From Trichoplax adhaerens (lineage: Eukaryota > Animalia > Placozoa): a stretch of 64,000 nucleotides of DNA. Location of the stretch: assembly GCF_000150275.1 (NCBI RefSeq), contig NW_002060970.1, positions 394,197 through 458,196 of the forward strand. The letters are read 5' to 3'. Position numbers and translations under genes: made by a program. Every line of letters begins with the position of its first letter. Position 1 is the first letter of the stretch. The notes below the pieces were generated by a model that saw only the letters and a list, made by a program, of their open reading frames with translations, searched no databases and was not told where the DNA came from. This document shows positions 26,300 to 40,352 of the stretch, piece after piece.

Positions 26300-29200
26300 G
26301 ATATCGCATAATAACTGTTTAATTTATTTATCTTTAAGGCAAGGAATTTAATGAATTCACCTAGAGTGATTAAATGCCATTTCAACGGATACAAGAGCGT
26401 AAGAATGAAATTAGAATCAATTTTTAGCGTTCGTATTTTGGGTAAATGAGAGAAGATTTGCAGTAGAGCAGCATGCTGTAATAAACTCTGAAGTAGTTGA
26501 TTATTTTAATCGGAGAGGTATCATTGAGCCGATTAGAATCTGAACCATTTAATTGGAGGGCAGAAGGTGATATGAAAATGAGACATTGGTTCAAATTTTT
26601 TCAATAATTTCTTTATGTCTGGAAATTTTAGCAGACTGTCTTAAATCATCAAGTCCAGTGTCTGATTATGTTATATAAAAGATGAATGTACAGTTTTAAA
26701 ATTGTAGATTGATAATTGATGAGCTTTTGTATCTTCAACGATAGTATGATAGATCTAATCCTTAAATAGTTAGATGGTCCGCTCAAAAATATGTCTAAAA
26801 GATCGTAAACAGCGTCGATGATGGTTTTAAATGGCCTATTACTAACTTTAAATTCAATTCTTATATATATAAGAAGAGGAAATTTCGATAAACTAATTGT
26901 AAATCACTTTGGATCTTCCGAAAGGTAGATTGGATGATTAATTTAATTAATTTTTGCAACAATAAATATTATGAATTGATTAATAATTTTATAAAGTAAA
27001 TTATATAAGCAGCATCTGTTAAATTAATTTGGCATTAGTCTTACGTTCCAGTATTGGATAAATAAGAGAACGATCTTAAAGTAGAAAAGTTGGTTCAATT
27101 TCGCATTTATATGGTTTACACTTTGTCTGGGGTATATGATTCAGACAAGTCGATCTAAAGATTTAAATTTAAGTGATAGAACGTAATACAAATTTAAAGA
27201 CTTGAAATAGTTTTATTTCTTTAGAAATCGAAATTTGTTCTTCTAACTATCTAAAATTGGCATAATCCATAAAAGTTTCAGATCATGAATCGAAATACAA
27301 CGTATGCAATTAAAGTGTTTTGGATAGATGATATACCCCGAATCAAGGAATTATTTTATTTTTAATAACGAATTATAATAGGATAGCCATCAATTGTTTA
27401 TGAGGCTTAAATTGTCTCATGCAAATGTATATAATTACAGATGCTAAATGAGATTTTCTAGAAATTCTGCTGTTTTTCATTTAAGCTAACAGTTCCTTCT
27501 AGTAATTAACAAGAGTTTTTAATTGCTACCAATTCAGTGAAACTCTTCTATTAAGGATACTCTTTCAGTTATGATAGCCCAAATATCGCCGGAACTATAG
27601 CCAAAATCTAAATCCATCACTCGACATGCTATAAACCTCTTGTTTATAATCAATGCTCTCCCATATTACCAATTTCAACAATAAATCAATCTCCTTATCA
27701 AAATTATGATCGACTATCATCCATAAAGTAAAATGATGGTCGAAATTAAGATTTTGTCAATGCCTCTTAGGCTGGCCAAATTAGCTAAGTATATCTTTAT
27801 TAATTTCTTCTATAAACATTAAGCTATAAGATGTTACTTCGAGTCGTATCAACTACTAAATCTATTTTAGATTAATGTGAAAGTCGTAGCAAGTAGTAAA
27901 CTTTCAGTTTTAAGGTGAAATAAATTGCTACCGTTGGTTTCATAATTTACTTCTAGGGTTTGACAAAGTCAGTCAGTAATTTATACTATGGATAGATTCC
28001 TACGACTATACTCACATGAAAGATTTTGGTTATTAACTGATCATTTTTTAAATTTTAGAGTATTAAAATGATCTCTTTGGAACCTGTCTTTAATTAATTA
28101 TGCCAAAAACGCTATGCTTAGATGAGTCAATTTATTACTCAGACCTTGCCAGTTATAAATTAAATTAGAGTATAAACGGAGCGTTTAAATTTTTATCATT
28201 TTGAACAAGTACGAGTGCTAAGGAGTGATTTTTATGAGGTACGATAATTATTCGAAACTGATCTTCCAAACCAAGCCTGATGTCGAATTATTACTAGCAC
28301 GAGCAAATCGCTAATCTCTAGATCAAAATTAATTAAATTGTACTCAAGGGCAGAAGAATTATAAGAAGAAAATACTTTGTGACGAGATTCTAATTTATTG
28401 CAGTATCCAATTTGTATGCTAACCACTAGTAATTCGAGACATCAAAAAATCATCTATATCAAGGATGAGTTCCATTTCTAACTACAGTACACTAGCAGTA
28501 GGTCAGTTTTGTTATTGCTAATTTATTGGAGAAACGAGGTGAAAAGATAGTAATAACTTAGTTTATGGTTAGAATAAAATATGAATTCTAATTCTTATTG
28601 GGTATTACAGAGTTTATGGCACAAGTTTGATAGAGTTCAACACTAATATGTGTACATATCAATTGGCTAATATTTAGATGTTAAGTGTACTACGTAATCA
28701 TTCTATTCTATGCTTGCCTTCCCTACGTAATCACGTTTCATCATCGTTTTCTGTTCTGGAATGACCTACATGTGATTAATGCTGAACTTGATATGCTATT
28801 CAATTAACTCATTTCGATCAATTCAATTGATAAAAAATTTGTCCAAAGCTCGCCCACACGACTTGTAATTCATTAAGAGTATACTGAATCTATGGATTAA
28901 GATCTTCAAAAGCAATTGCTTTTGAAATAGATATGCCCATAAGCTAGCGCAATGGGCTGTCTAATGCAATTTTCTTATTCACTTTATATCGTCGTAATGG
29001 TGATCTTGGACAAATTTATCTATATGTGATTAAACGTTTTCGTTATCGCTGCGACTATTACAGTAAAATTTAGCTGTAGGATTTAGAGTATTAAATTTCA
29101 AATTTTAAAATCTGTTATCGTCCATTTTCTAACCTCTAAAACTAAAGTTAAACCATAAATATTTGTCATAGATATCTTATAAGAAATAGGACAGAGTGGA

Positions 29201-31400
29201 TAGTTATCTTGACTCCACACAGAGAGTCATTTTTATCGTGTTGGTATAGATAAACTCGGATCTTAGTGCCAATAATTTAACGATATCGATACCCATTTAT
29301 CAACTCCAAGTCTTGTGATCAATTGCATCATCAAAAAGATCTAGGTAGCTACAGCAAAAACGTTAAATTCTTTGCTCTTACTACCGGAATATTGATTATA
29401 AGATTTAGATAGACTGATCATCAGTGCACGATTAATACGCCTTTTTAGATTATGTTAAGTCTTGCCTATCGCTAAATAGGATAGGGAAGTATTCATAACG
29501 GATTAAGGAATGGTAAAGCAGATCTTATATCAGTAATAATAGCTGTAAACTATTACTCTAACACGTTATTGATGAATAGCATACCAGCCTTGAAAGGTGA
29601 TGCATGATATTATTTATGATCAATCTTACTTTGAATCATTTCCATTCTTCATTATGACTTCTCTTTTATAAGATTTACTCCTGATACTTTCGCCTTGTTT
29701 ATTTTGTTGAGTAACAGCAATAGCTTCGGTAACCTTAGCCATGGTAGTGGCCACAATTTCGATCCGTTAGTAATAAGATTTCATATATATTATAATAATT
29801 TTGATAGTTGTGGAGTTGAAAGCCGTCTAAAGTAATGCCAGTTGAAATTATTTCTAATCGGTAGCAATATTCATATGAAGACTGTTTATCGTAAATTAAT
29901 TTGCTCTTGCTTAGAAGTGTCATCAAACTCCACTGGACGACATGAGTCAGTGTTAACCATGGCAACAAGATAATCAATCCTATTATTAATAATTTTAGAT
30001 AACGATCAAATCATTATAGGGCAATGCAGCGGCGTAATGAAGTTATCCAAAACATATTATCTATTCATCAATACTGTTATTATGACGTCATCTATTCATC
30101 TAATCTGATTTAATTGTATTTATCTAAATGTTCATAATAATAGAATAGAAGAATAACTATTTTTGTTTGATAGGCTTAATTGGTTCGATTGAACCAATGA
30201 GCTAATATTTTACTTGAACTCTTAATTGAATAATTAATCGAATTCAGAAGATTAAAGTTTGGATCATCGTATAATATTTATTAATTGTGAAATTCTCAAA
30301 ATTTGAAGCAAATTAAAACCTTATTCGATCTTCTTACAAAATATTGTACACACAGCTCTACTGTAGCCCAGCAGAACTATTGGGAAGACTTGTAGGCATA
30401 ACTGATAAATAGTCTAAAGCTCACTTCGTCTTAAATACTTTTCGTAGCGTTTGTAGCTACAATTCTTTATCAGTATTTTACCTTATTTTACAATTATTCT
30501 GATTATTATTAGTAATAACATTTTATAACGATCATCTATAGTCCTAGATGGTAAAAATTACGGCATTGAATTAGACACGAATACCGAATAAAGTGCGATG
30601 AGCTAAGCATATCGTTATATATGAATAGAATATTTATTTTTACTTCTAGCATCAATAGTGACCCTACACCGTACTGCAAATGTACATTTATATTCTAACA
30701 TAGAATCTTCAATAGCAGTATATGAATGATTATGAGCTGCTAATTACGCCTTATCATAAGTATGAAAAATTTCATTATCATGCATCGTACCAAACAAGGC
30801 TAATAATCTAAAATCCAACACTAATTTATGTTCCACATCATCAAAATCATAAGTCTGTCCCAATCTTTTGCCTGTGAAATTTGGTTTGGGCTATATTATG
30901 ACGGTATAGCATTTATAACAAAATTTTAAAATGGGTTATCGTAAAATATTATAGAGTAATTGATCAATTTTTAGAATAGTGCTCTATTTAAATCAAGAGA
31001 ATAATATAAAATTATGATTGCAATAGAATTTTCTACGATACTCATACTCATGTATTGTATTAATGTTAGCCTTAAGGGGAAGGCTTTGGCGTAGTAGTGG
31101 CTGATATACTAAAGTTATAAAACGGTTCTCCAGTAATGCCTTGTGGTATACTGGTACCGTGTTATATTGGTAGTCCAATTTTGGTTTTACAGCTGAGAGA
31201 AATGATATAGAAATTATTAAAGCAAACAATTCTTTAACACCGAAGCAAGATTGAATTACTAATATCAGTCTTATTAGAAATACTGGGGCTGCTATCAGAG
31301 TTAAATAAACTAATGTAAAAATTGCTATCGCTATGGAATCTTCTAGCTTCTCCGCTAGATTGACATGATTTCACCAATATTATACATTCAGCCATAAATT
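26300..31400 (-). pseudogene. Possible decayed multi-exon gene of unknown family
   Basis: Several protein-like minus-strand segments broken by stops, some bounded by AG/GTAAG (e.g. ...YPILE|HTGLDDLRQSAKISRHKEIIEKI* across ~27045/26660; FDHHFTLWMIVDHNFDKEIDLLLKLVIWES near 27700). No family recognised. Confidence 0.3.
30269..30837 (-). mobile_element. Old, highly diverged family A solo LTR
   Basis: Colinear blocks shared with copy 2 (ACACACAGCTCTACT, AAGACTT, TACTTTTCGTAGC.TT.G.AGCTACAAT, TTTTACCTTATTTTACA); TCATC on both flanks (30264-30268 and 30838-30842). Confidence 0.7.
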
Positions 31401-31892
31401 ATCGTTGCTAGTATTTCTATCCTGAAGGTTCCAAGAATAAACAAAATTGGTTACCATAATAGTATGTATTAACTCTACTGCTAAATTGAAGTGACCTTAG
31501 CCTTATTATATGTTCTAGAGTATTGATTCTGTAACAATGAAGTCCTGAAATATCAAACGAATAATTCAAAATTACATTTTTCCTTATAAATAAATATAGT
31601 AGGCTTTATTAACTTATGGATGGATAAGATTCGCATTAGTAATATTATTTAATTGTATAGTAGCTTTCATTCCGATGACAGTAAAATTAATCAATCTACT
31701 CGTTGATTTACATTAACAGATTACATTCTAATTGGCTGATAATTTGATAAAGTTAGTAAAGAAATGGATCAAATAAACTACAAATTATTTAACTTTAATT
31801 GATGGAGATTGTGAGGATTCAAAACTTTAGGATAGATTTAGAGGTATTTCTGACAAATTTATAAGAGCATAGATATTCCTTAAATGATTAAT

Positions 31893-31916
31893 GGGTTAGG
31901 GTTAGGGTTTGGGTTA
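31893..31916 (+). repeat. Short interstitial telomere-like tract (GGGTTA)x4, one mismatch
   Basis: GGGTTA GGGTTA GGGTTT GGGTTA in a very AT-rich context. Confidence 0.6.
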
Positions 31917-34900
31917 TACTGACAACTTCGATAAGATTGCAGTCTAATTAAATGATGATTTAGTACATTTTAAACAAACATCAGAATGTATGCCATGGAT
32001 ACGTCATTGTATGGCCTACAATTCCTGATTATATTTACCACTGCATGACGACTAACTTGGTTGGGCAATAATATTAAAATTAATATTAAAAATTAATATT
32101 TTGCCAATAATTAATGCAAAATTTACGATAGATAATTTATGATGAAATTACGTAGTAAAATTAGTCAATATCAAAATTTAAGAGCTTCCTGAGCAGTCTT
32201 CTATTTTAAGTCATTACAAAATAAAGGTTAATTTTTACTGGAGAGTCAAATCCATCCCCCTGAAAGTCTCTTCTTAAGCCATTATTCCAACAAATTTCTG
32301 ATATTTTTAATGCAATTATAATCTGTTTCAAAATCGGCTATTGTATTGCGCTGGTAATTTTCCAAGTTAGAATTATTTATGAAAATATTCAATCGCAGCA
32401 TTCAAGAGTAAGAGTCGGTTCGACAATAACTTAATATGTGTAAAAGTTGCTGATTGCTGCAAAAGATACAAAGCTTCTCTAAAAATTGATAGATATTATT
32501 CATGAGTTTATGAATTCGGTAGCTCGTAGAGGTATTATTTAATAGTGCGAATTTTTGAAACGTCATAAATTAAATAATATTTCTTTCCAAAATATATTTA
32601 TTAGATTCAATAATGTCGTATATAAAAAGGAGGAGCACTGATAAAGTAAAGCGGAATATCCGTACAGAAACCAGATAGTAGTAAATATTGAAACTATTAT
32701 AATTGCTTTCTGCCGTTATTTTAAGTCATTAACTAGCACGACCGTGGAAGATTTATACTTCAAATTGTTGAAATATTTTCTTTTTTGTGATATTCTTGCC
32801 AATGTAATTAAATTATTTACCTCGTAAGTAATTTATGACTATTTTATTTACCTATTAATCCTTTCCAGCTTCATAATATTATTGTTTATTTTCGTTTAAG
32901 GCGCTATATACTGAAAGTAGTACATTAACCAATATGAATTAGCGACAATAGAGTAAATTTGAGACCTTTAAGGAACTAACGTATAATAGAATAACTTAAA
33001 TTCTAGATTAAATATTAATCATTCCCTACGCTATATAATGTATTCATGTCAGCATATGCATGCTTAAACTAAACTATAAAGTTGTTGGTGGTATTTGCTT
33101 TCCCAGGAAATTATGGTCGTAATGAACAGCTTGTCATTCAAATTATTTATTTAGAAGCGGTTTTACATAAAATAGCAGGTGCATGTATATCTTACTTCGT
33201 TGGTTATTAAACTATGTTAGGCTGGAGTTATACTTACGAAGGTATATAGTGAAATTGCAGTAAATTATCCAATGTGATTTTTCAAATTAGATTTCATTTA
33301 ATTTAAGAATGATATATATGTACTTGAGTTTTATAATAATGAGTCTTAAATTTTAATTGGAATAGTGCTTTTTGTTCTGTTTTCAATTTCGGAGATATTT
33401 ATAAATCAGAATTCATATTAAAAACTTTGATGAAAATTGTGTTATATTAGATTGAATATAACAGAATTTGCATATTTATTACTCTCATCTATTTTGTGAC
33501 AATTAAGTCTTTCTCACCTCAAACAGCAAGATGCTTTTCGACGATTATATGGAATGATACTCATAAGTCTAGAACCGTATTAGTTTAAATGCTATGAATT
33601 TAGATCTATTTTTGACCATAGATTAATATTAATTGAATTTTCTTACTTACAGTATCTATTTTTCTGTTTGATCCTCAAGCACATAAAATTTCACATTGCT
33701 TTACAATTGTTTTTTAAGTTTCTATGGAGGATTTATAAAACCTTTTATCAGTGATGTAATATTCTGTAAAGAAAGTAACTCTTAAATAGGCGTCTAAGCC
33801 TAAAGTTTCAATTCTGAGGAGTTGTGGTGGAATTTTTAATGTTTTCTAATTATTATCCTTTAGTTTAATAACATTCAATTATTATGCACAAGCATCCATT
33901 TTAGTTTTCAAAAGATTTTTATTTTTGGAGCATGCATGGTACTTTGATTTTCTACTTAGTTGGTCAGTTACCGCAATATAACTCTCGTTCAAAACACCAT
34001 TCTAGGTATTGAAAAATATATTAATTACTTCTCTAATTCAAGTTTCTACATAATTTTTCAAGAAATTTGATCACTGAGAATTTTAATTCTATAGTAATGC
34101 GTAGATTAAAATGAATCTTTCCTAGTGCTGACTATACATACGTTGTGTACATTAAAAATTAGTGGATCTACTACTGATAAGTTTTGATGCCTAAATTTAA
34201 AGAAAGCAAAACTCTTAAATAGTATTAATCATTAGACTTTGTTTAGCAATATAACAAATTGCATTCAAGATATGAATTTTCTAGGAAAAATAATAAAAAG
34301 GAATGTTTTCATCATTTATTGGTAAACAGGCTTTCATTCGGTGACTCTACTGCTATAATTTAGAACTCGATTTAGCCTTCAGCCTATAACATCTTTACAG
34401 CATTATTACTACCGTTGATTGGATCAGAAAACCATTCAGATATGCATACTTACGCAGCATCTCTATTCAAGTGAATTTCAAGAGAAAGGTGTGAAAATGA
34501 CGTGATGTTGACATAAAATCCTGTGGTATTTAGAAAACTTTGTCAATTTTGTAAATAATCAAGATTTGCAAGGTCAGTTCAAGTTTAGCATGTTTGCTGC
34601 ATGGGAAAATTTAAAAAATCATCCTATTCAGTGTGGTTATGATGTTGTGATCATATTGACATGAATTTGTTTCAAAGTGTTTACAGAATTCTAAATCATG
34701 CGTTGTTGATAACGAGTATTATTCAAATGATGAAGTAATCAATTTACAGTGGTTACATGAGTATGTATATATAAGAGCATCCATTCATGAAATTGAATGT
34801 TGACAAATAAGTTCACGACAACAAATTTAGTCCGTAAAATATTATATAAAGGCAGTAATACATCGATGATTTAGAATAAGAACGAAGTGTTTATATAATT

Positions 34901-34945
34901 GTTGAGATTCTGATTTTTATTGATATACACTGACTGAAGCAGAAA

Positions 34946-36638
34946 ATGAACTGGATCGTTCTATTCCTAGTTGCCATCCTTTCCGCTAGTGATGGAGCTA
35001 TACAGCCGACACATTTCCAGCATCATAATTATAATCAGCTTACATCATTTATGAAACAGCAAGCAGCACGCTGCCCTTCCATTATGCGTTTATATGATAT
35101 CGGTAAGTCTCTTCAAGGTAGAACACTGTGGGTTATGGAAATTTCCGATCATCCGGGCAATCATGAAGCTGGAGAACCAGAAATGAAGTATGTCGGTAAT
35201 ATGCATGGCAACGAAGTCACCGGTCGCGAAATTCTATTACTATTGATAGAATACTTTTGTAGCAATTATAACATCGATTCTCGTGTTACACGGCTAATCA
35301 ATTCGGTTCGAATGCATATAATGCCGACCATGAATCCTGATGGATGGGAAAAAGCAGTAGAAGGCGATTGGTCTGGTACTACAGGCCGTTATAATTCACG
35401 TGGGGTAGATTTAAATCGTGATTTTCCTACACTACATGATATAGTTATTCGTCAAGGCCGCTACTATTTTGATTATAAAGCAAGACAGCAGGAAACAACC
35501 TTAGTTATGAATTGGATGAATGCTTATCCATTTGTTCTATCAGCAAATTTCCATGGTGGTGCATTGGTAGCTAGCTATCCCTTAGATGACACGTTGTCTG
35601 GCCAAAGTGTCTATAGTACAACCCCTGATGATGATGTTTTTCGATCATTAGCTAAAACTTACTCCTATGCTCATCCTACTATGTGGAAAGGGCAAAGTTG
35701 TTCTCGTAATTCTCGTAGTCACCAGAATAAAAGTTTCTCTAACGGAATTACCAATGGAGCTGCATGGTATGCCATATCCGGTAAGATAGATTGCTTCAAC
35801 AGAATTCATAAAATGGATCTGCATCGCATAATCAATTTTAATATCATGTATTAATTAATGCTTAAAATATTACTTTCTTACTTACTATCATCTGTCTAGG
35901 TGGTATGCAAGATGTAAATTATTTAACTACCAATTGCTTTGAAATTACCATCGAAACGGGTTGTCAAAAGTATCCTTATGGAACAAGTCTACAAAAAGAA
36001 TGGTTGAATCATAAAAATGCCTTATTAAAGTATATCGAGCAAATACATCGTGGCATCAAAGGTTTTATACTTAATTCAAGTAATCAAGGAATTTATGGAG
36101 CTTCTCTCGTAATCCAGGTTAGTTAAGATAATCTGTATCCAAGTTTGAACTAGAGAGAAATTCGATAGCGCATAACTTTAATTTCCAAATATTGCGCATA
36201 AAGTGGTACAGTAATCCTCCTAACTCCTTAAAATTGTTAAACTGATAAATTATTTAAATATTGAAAAATGTCGTGCACTTTTCTTGTCTTACATAAAAAT
36301 CCTATGCATTAGCTTTAATTTATAAATTATACCAAGAAATAAGAATAAAATTTCAAATATTTCATGCCTGTATAAGATGCTTTATAGAATTAGGAAAATT
36401 TAATTCGGAGTCATCTTAGGCTCATTTTTCTATTTCTTGTGTCTAATAGGGTAGAAATAAAATCATTTATGCTACAGAGTATGGTGACTATTGGAGACTA
36501 TTGCTTCCAGGAACATATAAGGCTACAGTATCCTATCCTGGTTATATTAGTGTCACTAAAACGGTGACAGTTACCTCCGGAGCTACCAAGCAAGTTAATT
36601 TTACTCTCTCTCGTCAAGTTTACCCTACAGGTCAATAA
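34946..36638 (+). CDS. Secreted M14B (N/E-type; CPD/CPE/CPM-like) zinc carboxypeptidase, 3 exons: 34946-35780, 35900-36117, 36450-36638
   Basis: Signal peptide; GEPEMKYVGNMHGNE, MPTMNPDG, GRYNSRGVDLNRDFP, LSANFHGG, GITNGAAWY, GGMQD, FEITIE (catalytic Glu); C-terminal transthyretin-like domain GDYWRLLLPGTY; stop at 36636-36638; no TM or GPI tail seen. Confidence 0.95.
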
Positions 36639-37939
36639 TTTTAGCATCTAGTGAGTAATCCTATCGAAAATATTAAGAAATAGATGTACTAGATATTATG
36701 ATCCACGCATTTGTAGTTTGATTTATTCGCCGGAAATTAAATATTGCTAATAAGTATTCTATAACCGTATAGTTCCAATGTAGTAGATGTAATTACCTCA
36801 TCTGCTAGAGAATTTGAGAAAATTTTAGATGAGATTTAAGATAAAAGGGGCTTTCGAACCACTTAGAACTATATAATGATAGAGTAATGCTAGCAGATAT
36901 CGCACGTTTTGATTAATAAATGAATTTCAAGAGTCAAATTTACTCTAATTCACAAAAGAAGCTTCTAAATTTTTCGCAGATGTCTTTTGATTCATAGTTG
37001 TCATATTCTTGCTTAATAAATGTAATGATTAATATTAAATTTTTCGATGGCCGTTTCATTTCTGAAGAAATTATTATAAGTGCTTAAGCCTTAGCGCAAT
37101 AAATTTTGGAGTCATTAAATTGGGTATTTAAGTTCTATACACTGTTATCGTTCGCTTTACGGCCTCCATATGTAAGACAAAAATTTTTGTTTAATTTACT
37201 GTAACTACGGTTACTTTACAGTAAGCATCTGTAGAGAACAGATTAAGATAATTCTATCTGAATTCAATAATATATGAGCTAAGATTTATCTATTTTTAAT
37301 CTGCTTTAGCTATTCGCATTTCTTTATTTTGATAGTGGTCTAGTTTACCCCGGGTTTGCAGTATCTCAACGATGCGATCTTCTGTACGAATGACTAAGTT
37401 AACAGATAATACTTATGGTGCTTATTGCAGTTAAAGAACATATTGCTCTCATTTAGATTAGTCTTGTCGACTAAAGCAAGTTTTATGATATGTTAAAAAC
37501 GTAGCATGTGATAATTAAATGACAATGACTATTTATGTAAAGCCTGTAGCTTACTTAAAAACGTAATAAAATTCATTTAAATGGGGATAATCCAAATTGA
37601 TATGCTAGCTATATTTGTAAACTGCTGTCTCTGTTCAAAATTTAATTTACTTCAACAGTAATAATTAATTAACTACCCAAATTGAGCCGTAGTGCATATT
37701 AACTTTTATTATTGCATGCTATTCGGAAATTACAATATTGGCTAGAACGGTAGGCTAGTATAGGTCTATCTTACTTCATCATTAATAATTAATATATAAT
37801 TATCTATATAAATTTAGCTGTCCTGCATATTAGCCACTTTTGTTGCAAGCTATTCAGCATTTAAAAATCTTGGCTAGGAGAATTGGTGAACATAGTTACC
37901 CTCTTGGCTTATTTATACAAATGTAGGAAAACTAGATTA

Positions 37940-38392
37940 TGTTGAGACCTCGGGTTAATAATATAGTAGATTAGCGGTGTTAGATACACCCTATTTTGTG
38001 TTATGGGTATCACAAACAAAAGTGAGGGATGACAATCATCCCTAACTAGGAGCCCTGCACTTGCAGGAGCCATATTGAACGCTAAGTAGAGTAAGGAATA
38101 GTACAGGGAAGATTAAGTAGGATTTTACTTAAATTGACTGAAACGGGAATTTAATCAACATGTTTGTTAATAATCCTTTCTATGAATGTATAAAAGGCCA
38201 ACTCCTTTGAAGGGAAGATAGGTTAGTAGCCTTGAGCTAGCTGTGTATGTAGTTGTGTTATCTTAAGTTCTACTACTGTAATATTCAGCAATTACATTTG
38301 AGGTAATAAACTATTTTTAACCGCTACTTTGAGGGCTTACTTCATTATGTGACTGGAAAACTGTAGGGCTGAAATTAGTACTTATTACTACA
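37940..38392 (+). mobile_element. Candidate single-copy solo LTR (family F), hairpin-rich
   Basis: TGTTG...CTACA with flanks GATTA/GAATA (4 of 5); GTATAAAAGG near 38188 and AATAAA near 38305. No second copy in the window. Confidence 0.45.
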
Positions 38393-39067
38393 GAATACTG
38401 TCAAGCATAAGACATTAAGATTGCATAAATCGAATTCTATCTATGCTTGGGTAAAAGCTCGAGTCACTTTTCCATTTCTAAATGTGGCATGCTTAAGCTC
38501 GAATTCGAAATTAATGATCAAAATTTTCGACTGCAATCAAGACAGTACTTATAAATAAGCCAGCGGGAGAATGATTTTTTAACAGTTATCACGGCTCTTT
38601 ATTTCCGTAATCTTAGCAAAACTCTAGCGATAGTTTAAAGAATTACTTGCAAGGAAAATTTTTTTCCATTGAGTATTTGTAGAATAGCAGTAGTTATTTA
38701 ATGCTGATTAGAGCATTCCCGTTTTACGCCTGTTTAATATCGATAAAACTCGTAGAATTCTTGCATTGCGTCAATGAATATCGAAAGAAATTTAAATTCT
38801 GAAATAAATTTTGAAAGTTGATTAATTGCAATTGCTTGTCAAAAAGATCGTGAGGACAGAATTTGCACTTTGGATGCGTTAGTATGCAATAATCTTATAA
38901 TAATTCATTAGCCTATGAGTACAAATTTGAAGAAAAAATTGAGATACTTGGTAAAGAATTTGCTGATATTGAAAACGGAAAAGATGTTACGCTGAATTTT
39001 AAGGAAAAGGAAACCATTATATAAAATTAAAGAGCAGAAATTACTTTGGAACCTGATAGAATCATCA

Positions 39068-40352
39068 TTATATCATTCTAAATATTCTATCAATGATTGA
39101 AATAAAAAAATTGATAATTGGATTAGAGCTATGGGTAATCTTAGAATATCGCGATCGAGGCGATAAGCATGATCTTAATTGAACGCCTAGTGATTGAAAT
39201 GATTTATCTACAGCTAGTGTTAATTCAGGATCCAACTGATTTTGTTTCTGGTAGTAAGTTTGTTGTTTTTTGATCAGTTCAATAAGCTCTTTCAATTGAT
39301 TGTCACTACCAGCAAAAATGTCTTCATTAGCCCACAGGAGGAAGTTATACATTTTTAATTTTCTCAAAGCCTCATTTTCACGTTTTGCAGCTTTTCGCTT
39401 TCCAGAACTTTTAGCTTTTTTTATACTGATTTCACGGCGTATAGTTTGCATACGACGTAGCAATATTTTTAATTCTGTTGATACGGGTGGTTGGTTATCG
39501 CTATTAGCTTGCTGATTCGATTCATCAAGGGAAGGACTGCACTTGATAAAGGTTGCATTGACTATTTCATTTAGTTTCTGTGGATAATTTTCAGCCAAGG
39601 TATAAAAATCTCCCTTGTATTCTTCTTGAAATTGTTCTGACAGTGCCAAATGCAATTGCTGTTCAACGCATTGTAGATAGGGAGATGTAGAATAAGGTGG
39701 TAAGGGTAGCCGATCCTACAAGATTATGAAATGAAAATGTTCAAGTTTTAGTGGTTAGTCTTATTGAATGACTTAAACTGATCAAGATGAGCTATTATTG
39801 ATTGACACCGTAAATTTTTCTCATATACTGTAAGTCATCACCATAATTTTAAATAATGATGCACAAATTGCAAAATTTTATCTATTTTCCTATTGAATAG
39901 CTCTGTTTATTATACTAGCTTATGTCTGATCATAAACTAGTTTTAGTAATGTTATAAGATGGTTTTCGTCAAGTAAATGAGACTATTTTCTATCTAATCC
40001 TGAATTACGCAACATCCTCGAAGACAGACCATGATGGCAGCTATTCGTGAAAATAATCAATTAAAATTAGCTTATCTGGAGCTTATTTAATCTTAAATTT
40101 TAGGACTAAATGGCTATTTCTTTAAAAATATAGTACAAATTAGCAACTTTAGAAGCTGGAGGATGCATCATGACATTTTATACAAGATTAAAATAGACAA
40201 AATTTAAATTTCGAGTGTTATCTAACCTTCGCTGCAGAAGAATTGAATACTGAAATAAAGAAAGCCAAAAGAATAACAGGAACCAGTAAGAGAACAGCTT
40301 TGAATAAATTGCTGCTATCAGAAAAGAACGGCTTCGGACTTTCTTCAGTCAT
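39068..40352 (-). CDS. Orphan protein (~257 aa) with N-terminal signal/anchor, 2 exons: 40352-40227 and 39715-39068
   Basis: Exon 1 MTEESPKPFFSDSSNLFKAVLLLVPVILLAFFISVFNSSAAK|GTTAG splices in phase 0 to TAG|DRLPLPP..., in frame with the supplied 195-aa ORF. No recognisable domain. Confidence 0.75.

Noticed and set aside
39300-39515. Antisense ORFs overlapping real exons (also 13931-14116 and 60253-60438)
   Set aside because: Shadow ORFs on the opposite strand of coding sequence.
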